64,000 bases of DNA from Klebsormidium nitens (lineage: Eukaryota; Plantae; Klebsormidiophyceae): assembly GCA_000708835.1 (NCBI GenBank), contig DF236954.1, forward strand, positions 450,842 through 514,841, read 5' to 3'. Below are positions 33,401 through 51,294 of the stretch, piece after piece (positions within the stretch are counted from its first letter, which is position 1; each line of letters starts with the position of its first letter). The translations under genes and the position numbers were made by a program. Below the pieces are notes generated by a model. It had not been told where the DNA came from. It made no database searches and saw only the letters and a list, made by a program, of their open reading frames with translations.

Positions 33401-36400
33401 TCCTGCAGATTTTCTCTAGCACTTTTGTCATTTTACTTCAAATCGCTGCTCCTCACCTTACCTAGACACGTTACTTACTTCTTTACGTTTGATTTGTCAA
33501 ATCTCCTAACCACGCCCCCCTTGTTGCTGCAGATCCAAGATGCGCTGCAGCGGGCGGCCGTTGACAGCAGCTCCACTGTGAGCACCATCTTCCAGCCGAT
33601 CAACACCCACGAGATGCCCCCCACGTTCTACCAGACGAACAAGTTCACGTCGTGCTTCCAGGAGATCGTTGAGGCATACGGGTGAGCCGATCAGAGCCAC
33701 TGGCAGCTTTGCTGGAAGTAAACGCAACACCGTTTTAGGATCCAGATCTGCAATCCGCTTCGAGAAGTTTTTCTGGAAGCATTGGCAAGTGGCCGCTGCA
33801 TTGTGGACCATCGAGACTGGCTGCGCAGATCTTTTTGCCGAGTTGACTCTTGCTTATGACCTTCGGCGCCGCACTTTTCTTGCCTGGGCAATTGACATGA
33901 GGCTTAGCGCGGGTTTGTAAGAGGGAATACGACGGGAAACGACGACATTCGTGAAGATGATCCGCCCATTCTCAGACCCTGTGACCATGTCCTTCAGGCA
34001 CGTTCCATTATTAGGCGCCTTGGCAGGTTTTGCTTCCAATCGTCAGATTGGATGATTTTTATTAACTGTGCAGGGTTGCGCGATACCAGGAGGCTAACCC
34101 TGCTCCGTTCACCGTGATCTCCTTCCCGTTCCTGTTCGCCATCATGTTTGGCGACTGGGGCCACGGCATCCTGATGCTCCTGGCGAGCCTGTACCTGGTG
34201 GGGAACGAGAAGAAGTGGATGGGCAAGGTGAGCACACTGGAGACCAGTACAAGCGAAGCTTTTCATATTCTAATGAAGGAGAGTTGTCTATATTTCTAAC
34301 AAAGGGATGAGGCTTTCGAAGAGTATGGGCATGTCTGTTGGACGACGACTCTGAAGGAGTTGCCTAGAATCGGAAGAGATCGACGTAGGAAGACTTACCC
34401 TACTTGTTGAGTGAGTTACTCCATGCTTCTTCTGTATTGTTTGCAACTGCATTTGGGATAGTACAGGCCAAGGAACTCCGCTCCTTAAAGCTCGTTTCAA
34501 CAGTGTTGGAAGTCACAATCTACGGATTTGAGAGTTGTCTGAGGGTCCCCCTTCTGCCGGCGGGCTTTGCATGTCATTCTAGTTCCTTCATTCGCTGTTC
34601 AATCTTTCCTGGTACTTGTTGACATTGTAGCTTAATCTCGTCACGACTTCCTTGAAAGTCGTTGTTGCTTCAGGTTGCTCATCAGTTTCTCAATCTACCT
34701 ATTCGATTATGTCGGCGCTTAATCAGTATGTGCACCCGTATGTGCACCCTTTCATTCAGCTTAAAACATTTTCCGTTTGCGACCTGCAGAAACTTGGCGA
34801 CATCATGGAGATGGCTTTCGGCGGGCGCTACTGCATCCTGCTCATGTCCATCTTCTCCATCTATACGGGGCTGATCTACAACGAGTTCTTCTCCGTGAAC
34901 TTCCCCATCTTTAGCAAGGGTGCCTACACGTGCCGCACCCCAGACTGCTCGTGAGTCCCTTCTTGACCCAAGCCTTGACGTCTCTATATCCCAAAAGCTA
35001 AAAGTTAATGTGAGGAGCTTGATGTGCGTGCCAGATATCCGTCACCCGCTCATGAAGTGCTTGAAGGGTGGAATATTTGCAGATGTTTTCTGGCGATCAC
35101 TCCGTTGGACGCTCTTTCTTTCTGCGGGCTCAGCGGATGCCAGTTGTATGTCCGGTTTATGGACCTCGCGGATAATTCGTGGTTGAAAACTGTTTCTTTG
35201 TCTCTCAACGTCGTGAACATGAATCCTTTTTCGCTCCTGTTGCATCATCTCCGCTTCTTAACGCTCTTCTTCTAATGTCAGTCAGCAGTGCTTTGACTCA
35301 TGAAAGGGGGGGAAGCAAATCCGCATCCTAGGTTTTACTCCGGACTACTTTTTTTCCACAGCGACGAGACCACGGCCGGGCTGGTCAAGACTGGCGCCAC
35401 GTACCCCTTCGGCGTGGACCCGGCGTGGCACGGCAGCCGCACGGAGCTGCCGTTCCTCAACTCGCTCAAGATGAAGATGTCCATCCTGCTCGGCGTGACC
35501 CAGATGTTCACCGGCATCTTCCTCAGCTACTTCAACGCCAAGTACTTCGACCTGCCGCTCAACATCTGGTGAGGCGTCGATCGAGCTCACTTTGGGGGAG
35601 GCGTTCCATTTTGTCAACCTGGAATTGGGTCGTTGTTTTGTTCCCTTCGGATCTGCTGATTCAGACTGCGGAGGCAGATGTTGTTGATATCAGAACGGCT
35701 GTTGATGTCGGAACTGCATCCGAAGGGTTGTGCGCCTCTTTTGTGGCTCACTCTGACTCGTACTTTTCGTACTTAACAATATTCAGACCGTGACTCGTTG
35801 TTATACTCCACGAGCTCTTCGGAATGCCGCTCTTGTGTTGAAGGTTATACGGTTTCCCCCGACATGCACACTCTGACTGGGCTCCAACGCATCTTGCGGT
35901 GGTCAGTTCCTTCACCTCCTATCAACGGTTTCTGAGCCAACTGCCTCTTCGTTCTTGAATTTCGTACTCAGCTCTTGACGCTCTGCCCGCAGGTTCGAGT
36001 TCATCCCCCAGGTCGTCTTCCTGGGCTCCCTCTTCGGCTACCTCTCCCTGCTCATCATCATCAAGTGGATCAGCGGCTCCACGGCCGACCTGTACCACGT
36101 CATGATCTACATGTTCCTGAGCCCGGGGACTGTCGAGGCGGAGAACCAGCTCTTCTGGGGGCAGGCTTTCGTCCAGGTGAGGGCTTCCAAAGGACGTAAT
36201 ACTCATCCAGGATACAGCACACTTGTTGTTCGATAGGCCTGCTTCTGCTCACTCTCCGTGAAGTTTCAAATGATTGAGATTGCGTGCTTCGATCTTCGCG
36301 ACCAGACTAACCTAGTACCTTCGGAGGACCTTGCCCAATAGCCCAGTGGAAGAGTAAACATGTTACCAGGTCCCTTGGGTATGCAAGTTCAGCAACAATG

Positions 36401-38539
36401 GACTCTTTGAGCAGCTCTGAAGTCTTTGACGAGCTTTACTTAGAGCTTTACTTAGAGAATCGCCAACTGCCCCAGACGAAAGGACCGTTGCCAAAAGTCT
36501 CTATTGTTCTTTAACCTGCGATGATTCCTTCTTTGCAGGTCATCCTGCTGCTGGCGGCTTTTATCGCCGTCCCGATGATGCTTCTGCCCAAGCCCCTGGC
36601 CCTGCGCAGACAGCACCTGGCGGTAAGTCCACAGTTTGCAGGCTAAATTGCATGGCAGAACGGCACCGTCTACCTTTTTGCTGACTGTGTGACTGCGCAA
36701 GGAGGCGCTTTTCCTACACGAGCACATGATCTTGTATCACGTGGCGTCTTTGAGTGTCTACAACCGTCAGGTGGCACGTCGGCCTTGTTTTACCGGGTCC
36801 TCGGTCGGGTGGCGCATGGCCCTGAAATCCTGGATTGGGTTGTTTGCCTTTCGATTCTGCAATGTCTACCAATGTCAATCATCGACATGCATTGCTGTCT
36901 GCAGAGCCTCCAGGAGTTGGGGGCGTGCGTTATTTCTAGGGTGCACAGTCTCATTTTTAGGGCGCCCAGTCTTTCGCCACAGTTTTTCAAGCCTCTCCCA
37001 CGCCGTCCACTTATGCATTTTCACTGACTTCATCCTGGCACACCACTTTCCGTGCAGAGCCTCCAGCGCAGCGTACGGCGGGCTGGGCGGGCATCTATGG
37101 CACACAGTCACATTGTTTCACGTTTCTTCGCTAGCTTCCGACCTCGCGATTTTACCAGCATTGCGTTCCTTACATCCTGAAATCCGTTGTTCCGTGCTAA
37201 GCCTCTAGCACGGGGCGTTTGGCGCGCTGGACGGGCGTTGTGGGTACACAGTCACACGCTTTCAAGTCTCTTCCGACTAAGCGACTTCACCAGCATTGCC
37301 ATCCTGACATCTTGAACTCCGTTGTTCCGTGCAGAGCCTCCAGCACGGGGCATACGGCGTGCTGGGCGGCTCCGACGCGGAGGAGCACGGGCACGGCGAG
37401 GACGGCGAGCACGCCCACGGCGACCACGACGAGTTCGACTTCAGCGAGATCCTGGTGCACCAGATGATCCACACCATCGAGTTCGTCCTCGGCGCCGTCT
37501 CCAACACGGCGTCGTACCTCCGGCTGTGGGCTCTCAGGTGAGAAGACTTTCGCAGACGAGTCTGACTGTGTTTTGGCGGACGAGTCTGACTGTGTTCTGG
37601 AACGTTTGGCACAGCGTCGTACCTCCAGTTGTCGGCATTTAGGTAAGACAACTTCCCGACTTTGGTCTGGAATGTCTCCAGCACAGCGTCCTGCTTTCAG
37701 CTCTTAGCGCTTGGGTCAGGGGCTTCGCAAACGAGACCTAAGTGTTGTCTGACAAGAAGAAGGGGAGCGTTGGAAGCAGAGAAGAGTAAGAGTAGGCCCG
37801 GACAAGTTGAGATCTGGTTAACGGGTGGAGATACTTGTCTTCTTACAAGAACGTCACGGGGAATGCGAAGTCAGGTCTGCATTGGGAAGATGAGGGCTTG
37901 ACGGCCAGCCTCAAGAAGAGTCTTGCTTTTTCTCAGGAGTCTTCTTCATTCTACAGCTCCGTCTCATGCCGACTCAAGCTGGGCAAATTTGCTTGCCTAA
38001 TGAGACGTTCGTTAAGGGGACTGGTTGCGGCCACATACATTTCTTCGCCAAGAGGTCGAGAGTCTGGTGGAGTCGGTGTACTGGTCGGTCATTCATAGGA
38101 TACTTCATCAATAGCAGATGTTTGTCGAATCACGTATCACACGCGTCTTTGGAACTGGTTATTGAGGAGGAGGGTGCTACGAGGTTCATAGTCTCTGCTT
38201 TTTAGACTGCCGACCTTTCTTCTCAGCTATTGGTCGCTTCACTAGTAGACTTAATTCGGTTCCTCGTCCTTGTGCAGTCTGGCACATGCGGAGCTGTCCG
38301 CTGTCTTCTACGAACGGGTGCTGCTGTTCGCTGTCGGAACGGGGAACCCCGTTGCAATCGTCATCGGTTTTATCGTCTTCATGTTCGCTACCTTGGGGGT
38401 TCTCATGGTGATGGAAACGCTGTCGGCTTTCCTCCATGCCTTGCGTCTCCACTGGGTTGAGTTCATGAACAAGTTCTACATGGGAGACGGGTATAAGTTC
38501 ATCCCTTTCAACTTCTCTCACTTAGAGGAGGATGAGTAG
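30455..38539 (+). CDS. VHA-a: V-type H+-ATPase V0 subunit a (826 aa)
   Basis: 16 GT-AG exons: 30455-30616, 30831-30875, 31114-31236, 31460-31567, 31703-31813, 32041-32214, 32585-32722, 33004-33219, 33533-33681, 34074-34227, 34790-34950, 35362-35568, 35993-36176, 36539-36622, 37335-37537, 38278-38539; total 2481 nt. Motifs [103 protein letters not shown]. Confidence 0.97.
36890..37720 (+). repeat. Junction copies on both sides of VHA-a exon 15
   Basis: GCAG|AGCCTCCAG acceptor copies at 36905, 37058 and about 37200 (real 37335). Donor copies GCGTCGTACCTC...AG|GTAAG at 37642 and about 37713 (real 37537). Confidence 0.8.
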
Positions 38540-40322
38540 ACCACATTGCTGGACTACTGGACCTACATGTACACAACATAGATTCGGACCATTGAAAAGC
38601 TCCTTGCTTCCACCTTCAGTCCACAAGATACAAGCAAACCACAACTCAGGAAATCAAGGGTGACACTTATTTCTGGCATTCATTCAACTGTTTGAACGCT
38701 GCTGATAGTAACCAATATCCGTCCATGTTCCGTCCAATCTTCGTCATTTGCATTTGTTTTGCATTCTCTGAGATGGCAGGGCACCGGACCTTCTGGCTGA
38801 CAGTCTATAATTGTTCAATGAAAGTTTCTCATGTTGTATCATAACTGACGTGCGGTTTAAACTTGACCAAGTAGCACTATGCATGGCTGCAATTGGCATG
38901 CAGCACGGCGGCAGCTGTCTGTGCACGTATATGGTCGTCGCACAGACAGCTAGGCATGATTCAAGTGCATGCTAAAAAAACTGCCGTATGATTAATTCGA
39001 CCGTACATCAAATATCTTAGAATAAACCTATCTACTACTAAGTATACATAAACAGCCTGGAAATTTGCATGCAATGTTCGATCCTGGCTTCCGGATGGAA
39101 TGCAGCCCATGATCCTCCGAAGGTAGACATGGAACTGGCATGCAACGATCTCAAATCAATGGTGATCGGATGGAATTCGTGCATCATGTGCTGAGGCCCA
39201 GGTAGATTGCCGGCATGCTTTCAGAAGAAGCCAACTACAAAAAGTCCGGCCACCTGACGACCATTGTTGACAACCTCAGTAATCTTTACAAGGAACAACA
39301 GCCAACGATGCTTTCAGTTTGTCAAGCCGCGGCGCGCCCTGTCCATGTTCACCAAGTTGTTGACGAGTCTAGGTTGGCAAGAGGCTATTGCCCAATGTTT
39401 GAAAAAGCATTGCACCTACCAGAACCGTTTAACAGACTCACACACTAACCTGCACACCTGGATTGGTTCATTCAAAGATCGTCGAAAGTTGCGGCTTTGA
39501 ATGAATCCTGCCAAATGAGCCAAACGCTTAAAGCTTAACCTAGCCAGAACTCGAGCTATGCATTATCCAACTAGCCATGAAACAAGGCCTACCAGTAAGG
39601 GTTTCAAAATTTGAGAGCAAGATTGTCCTGACTTTGTACGGAGGTTTTGTTCAACCATTGACTCCCTTGGCTATTGTTCTGGGGAAGGAATCAACCTGAG
39701 ATATCACAAGGCCTGATTTGCTGCTCAAGAATCCGTAAATTTTATCATCATTGACTGCCACTTCTCATCTGTTTTGCAACACTTGCCTTTACAAAGCACC
39801 CGAAGCCCACAAGAAAATAAAAATGGTCTCGCACCAGCGGCTTTGCATTGAACTACAGCCCCGCAGGGCGTATCTATATTAACACTATCTATTATTAGTA
39901 GTTGTTACAAAACTGTCAGGACAGCTTCGTCCCCAAGATTGTCTTACCAAAGATCATCTGTGCTTTCTTGATCATCAGTGCTTTATTAAGGACATCAACC
40001 GGCCTTTCCATTTATTGGCAAGCCCCCCGTGGTTCGAAGTTGGGCTAGACCCACTGCCTGTCGGTGAGTCTTGGGCCGCTCTCTGCAAAAGCAAACAATC
40101 TACTCGTAAAGCACACCCTCATTCTATATCAAAGGTCTTCCTCGCAGCAATGTTTCCCAGCAACTATCTGCAATGTCTACGGGCTTGCATTATCCCTATG
40201 CACATAATTGGGGCTAAACTACTGTAGACATGCAATGAAGCATCCATAATAAAGACTTAAGTACAGAAAAGCTTTGCAAACGAATGCAATGACCCAGCAA
40301 AAGCAAAAGTATTTCAGAAATT

Positions 40323-41020
40323 CTAGAAAACGACGCTTACCTCGTCGAGCAATCCATCCATTGTCAAGTACCACTTTGACCCCGGCACCAAGACGGCATC
40401 ATCATTGAAGGTGACTAGATGGTCACCCAATTGGAGGTTGCGCAGGCTCCCGTCCGGCTGTTCATCCCCGTAGATCAATGACACTGAGTATTGCCTTGAG
40501 CCGTCATCCGTCCTCTTTATAACCATGGCGTCGTTAGGCCGCACAATGTAATCCTCAAAATAGACGTAGCAACCCGTGTCGTTTAGGATCTTGGCTGTTT
40601 TCAGCTGTTTCATCTTGAGAGTTGGAGTGCCGCTCAAAAGTAGCACCTTTCAAGCCCCCAGGGCTGCAATGTGGTGATCTAGCTTTGCCTGTGACTGTTT
40701 AGATATGAATAGGGGCAGCTCTTAGCAATGCTGTCTGCACCACTTGCAAGAACCCCTGGAGCTCTGCTGCAGGTTTGGCAATGCCGCCAGCCAATGGTAA
40801 ATAAGCTCCTTTCTTCAACTATAATTGATCAAGGGTGGGGATATTTGCATCAGGAAAGCCTTCCAAGGCTTTGCTGAGAGATCAAAACTCAAGTAGTCTA
40901 CTAGTAGTAGTACTACCTGATGGAAAGACCAAACCAGCAAGCTCTTGCATCCTGCCAGCTGGCACTATTTTTCCGTCAGGAAGAACAATGGCACGGTGCA
41001 CCCCGGATCGGGTCCTTCTC
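40323..41020 (-). pseudogene. Decayed ORF of unknown family
   Basis: A clean 107-codon stretch (40646-40323: KILNDTGCYVYFEDYIVRPNDAMVIKRTDDG...) is preceded by protein-like text broken by stops and a frame change (RSGVHRAIVLPDGKIVPAGRMQELAGLVFP...*SLSKALEGFPDANIPTLDQL*LKKG). Confidence 0.4.
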
Positions 41021-42187
41021 TAGGAAAAGATCAAGAGCTCAAGAGATCAAGAGCTCTAGTTACAGCAACCACCCCTTGAATTCACATCGCTGATTATACT
41101 GATCCCTAGCCAGCGACAATCAGCTGATCCCTAGCCGGCGAACTCTCAAGACCTCGTAGCAGCTGAAACCCATGCAATATCTCGACTAGAGTCGAACTTT
41201 GACATCAGCAATGATGTACCCGGGTAATGAACGTTGCATGCGTCGGATCTCCTCCACACAAGTGCTCAGCTAGCGATCAGAGAATCAATCTTCCATGAAG
41301 TGATGAAGGCCCTGTGCCTAAGGTGCAGCGCTGGACGTAGATAGTGCCTAGGTTACCCAGGTAAACGCCCTGCCTCCAGGTGGATGAAGGAGGATCGGCG
41401 GTCGCTTGAGGAGACGAAACCCCCTGATCGGCATCTGGATTCTAGCTCTGCAGCGTACTAGGCCTACGCGGTAGCTAGCAAACGTAGCGCGAGGAGACGA
41501 CCTCGTTACGTGCGAAGTACTGCTTAGTACAGACTGGGTACCCCTCCCTAGAATCTAGAGTTGACGAGATTGACAAACGCTGGGATGGCGGGAACCCCCG
41601 TACAGTTTGAAGTTACTGACCAACCGTAATGGGTAAACCATCTCACCAATCCTGTTGGGACGCGTGGCCAAGAAATGTCCCAACCATGCAACCAGGTCCG
41701 ATGCTTTTATCGAACGGAGCAGATTGCACGACTGCAAACGTTGTAACGCCCGGTCAGGCGAGTCGCCTACGTAGGAACACGTCACTGTACGATGATGTCA
41801 GAGGCAGTGTATGTACACCGCATTCAGACGTTCCAACCATTTTCGTAGACATTCGTGTCTGACCCGTTTTCGATACGAGGTGGCTGACAATACCGGGCCA
41901 GTCAAACTCATGACCGACGACTCAAATACTTCAACCGAGAGGCGTCGCCCCTTGACCATAGCTGATAACAGTCATGAGCTCAGCCGGTTGAAGGTTTAGT
42001 GGACAGGTCGGGAAGACTCAGGCAGGAAAAGTGTCAGATTCGAAAACTCTTGTCGAAAGCTTAGTTGTGTCACAGCTCTCGACTCACGAGTAATCAATTG
42101 GCCAATGGTACCGGTCAGCAGGTTTGGAGTGACGTAATAAAGTGTGGACGGCCCGCACGACGGTCCGAGACTCGAGTAGTGTCCGAA

Positions 42188-42196
42188 TTAGGGTTT
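42188..42196 (-). promoter_or_regulatory. Telo-box-like motif upstream of KdsA
   Basis: TTAGGGTTT (AAACCCTAA on minus) about 185 nt upstream of the KdsA ATG. Motif match only. Confidence 0.25.
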
Positions 42197-42381
42197 CATC
42201 AATTTATGCAATATTGCAAAGACTGAGGCGCAGGACGCAGCTGCTGCCACTGGTGCTGGCGGCCGCATGTTTCACTTTAGCATGTTGGCTCGAGCTTGAT
42301 GGTGTTGGATCGAGCATTCACGCTCGCAACCTGAGCCTGCATCCACTGTAGTGCATGTCCTATTGTCCTGTTTTTGAGAAC

Positions 42382-48595
<6,214 letters not shown>

Positions 48596-49844
48596 AGTAC
48601 AGGGGTTCGTAGCGAGGAAAGGACAGGTTGAAGAGTGTACGTAGCACAGTGTTAGAGCCTGCCGGTTGATAGCCCCTCCAGACGAAGCGTGCTTTGCAGG
48701 GCTCTCTTGAGCAAGTTCTCGCCGGCGGCGGGACATTGCTTTCTCAGCGGATCTTGAAAGCTTGACTTGTGACGGTTTGAAGCCGTACGTACTGTTTGAA
48801 GCCGTGCGTCTTAAACATTTGCCGGATTTCGGCTCCGGCTCTGATTCGGCACCGGAATATGGTTTCCGCGGCGCCGCTGGAAGAATGTTTGTTAACTAGT
48901 TTGCGTGGCACGCGGCCTCAGGCCGCTTCCATGAAGACGTAGCGCCTGTGGGAATGCAGCCATCGAGCATATCGCCGTCGCACACGTCGGCGTGTTGCCA
49001 CACATCAAGCCACGCGTGTAAGGTACGATGATGTGGTTGCACGTTGTCCAAACGGCTTATGTATGATATGCATAGGTCATGGCCACCATGAATGATAAAT
49101 CATTATATAGTTGTTCACGTGACCCGGGCCCGAGTGTATGGCCAGGCCAAAGCTCTGATCCCACATGTGCATGATCGCGCGACAGGATAAATTGTTTATT
49201 TGAACGGTCGCGAAAGCTGACCATACGTGTGTATATGTAAAGCCGCGCACACGCTCGATCATGACTCAGTCTGGGCATGTTTTTCGTACAGTTTGCATGC
49301 AGCATGACCATGCATGGTCATGCTTGGCTCAGGCAGGGTGCAGCATGGGATCTTTAACGTACGAAGGGCGCCACGGTGCTGTACGTACGCTGTATACAAC
49401 GGAAAATAGGGCCCGGCCGGCGCGCTATGCATCTAAACTCCACGGATCGGAAGGCTGAGTCCATGACCTCGGGCCTCAGAGTCCGGCACAAGCCACCTAG
49501 GGTGCAAAACCGGCTGTTACGCTTCACCGTCGAACCGGTCAGTACTCGTCAGAGTACCGTCGGTACCGGTGACGCGGTTCACGTCGATTGCAGGGCATCC
49601 GTGTCACGGCCCGTGACCGATTGGTCGCGGCGAAGTGACCGGGTGTCCACACTTTTAGTTTCAGTGTCAGCTACGCAAGCAGTTGGGTCACATTTTACAC
49701 TTCAAAACCCTAAAATGAGCAAGGCACCTAGGAACACATATCTGGCTCAATTCTTAACCGATACACATGCTCTAAAATGCTGGACCTTCTACTAGAAGGA
49801 ATTAAGCATAGATGCAAAAGAGTTCATAGCAAAATTCGTAATGA

Positions 49845-50300
49845 GGCCCCTCTTCCATCTAGCGGTCGGTCTTCCTTTCCTAAATTCCCATTGGCCAAAA
49901 CCCCCTTTTAATACGGAGAACCGGTCTTACACTGAGCGGTCTTCCGAAAACTTCCGTGCCACGTCGGCGGTCAAGAAGTATTTATTTTACTACCGCTGGA
50001 TTCCGCCGGTACTGAAATAATCCCACCGGTCTTCCGAATTGATCGGTGAACTCGGCCAATGAGAAGGCGGCGCGCACCGTGGGGGCTCGAAACCCAATGA
50101 TTGAGTACAAGTCTGCACTGGTGTTTCCCTTTTCAACACGAAGACCGACCGGAAGAAGGACCGGAGACCTCTTCCATTGAGTAGCGGTCGGTCTTCAATC
50201 TTCTAAATTCCTATTGGCCAGCTTCACATTCCTCCGGTCTTTCTAGCTGGTCTTCCATTTTTGAATTCACGAAGACCGACCGCTAGATGGAAGAGGGGCC
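49845..50300. mobile_element. MITE, PIF/Harbinger (Tourist)-like, 456 bp
   Basis: Perfect 30-bp terminal inverted repeats GGCCCCTCTTCCATCTAGCGGTCGGTCTTC (49845-49874 and 50271-50300), flanked by a 3-bp direct repeat TGA on both sides. No coding capacity. Confidence 0.85.
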
Positions 50301-51294
50301 TGAGATGAAAGTTCTTTATGCTCAAGTTTGATCTTCAGGAATGGCGGCGGAGGCGATCACACTCTGAAAGCTCCTCATGGTCGGTTGTTATTTGAGTCGC
50401 GGTTTACGGTCTACGGTACTCAATATGTAGGTACCGTAGTGTGCAGTGTGCACTGCACTGAGTGTGTACGGCACCGTACAGTGAGAGATTGAATATTGTG
50501 AGTTGCCGTCGGATCGTGAATAATCAGGAAACAACTACTGTCAATCATTGAGTTGGATGTTCTAACAGCCACGCGTCGCACAGTTTGAGGTCGATTCCGT
50601 ACGCTTCAAAAACAGTGTTGGGTACTTGGTAGAATCTGCGATACAGCCAAGTGCTGCGCAATATTCAGTGCATTGATTAAGTACCCAAGAAATGCCCAGC
50701 ATGTCATCTACCGGGCACATGTGTAGAAACCACTCAAGAGCGCCGGATTTAGAATTGGAGGTCTGGTTCTATATAAATGGTAGGCTCCGTTGGCACGCCG
50801 GTGTCACCTACCCGACAGACCGGCGCGACACCCCGGTCACGACGGTCTGACATTTCCGTGACCGGTGCGTCACGGGCCAGAATGCCCCATAGGTGCCTTG
50901 TGGGCTGGCATATGCGGTGGCGGGCGGGCCGTCTCTGCGACGATCTAGACTTTAAGCGAAAATCGAGGCGCCATCATGCACTATATCGCCGCCCTAGCTT
51001 TCTAGTATCATTTATAGCTACTTGCTAATTGCATTGTGACTACGTTTCAACATCTCCGAATCAGGTATTATGTAGCAGATAGGGAGGCCCGGCCGCGGCC
51101 CAACGGCACCACAGCGCACTGTTTGTCGGACAATTACGGTTGCTAGGCAACTAATGCTTTTGTGGGTTTATTCCGGATACACGAGCGGATTATGGTGAAT
51201 GGATGAGGGTCAACAATTGAGCCGAATGGTACATCAAAATTTTGCAAACCAGTCGAAGTTCTTCAGTACGGTCCCGTTCGGTTTGCAACCTCTA

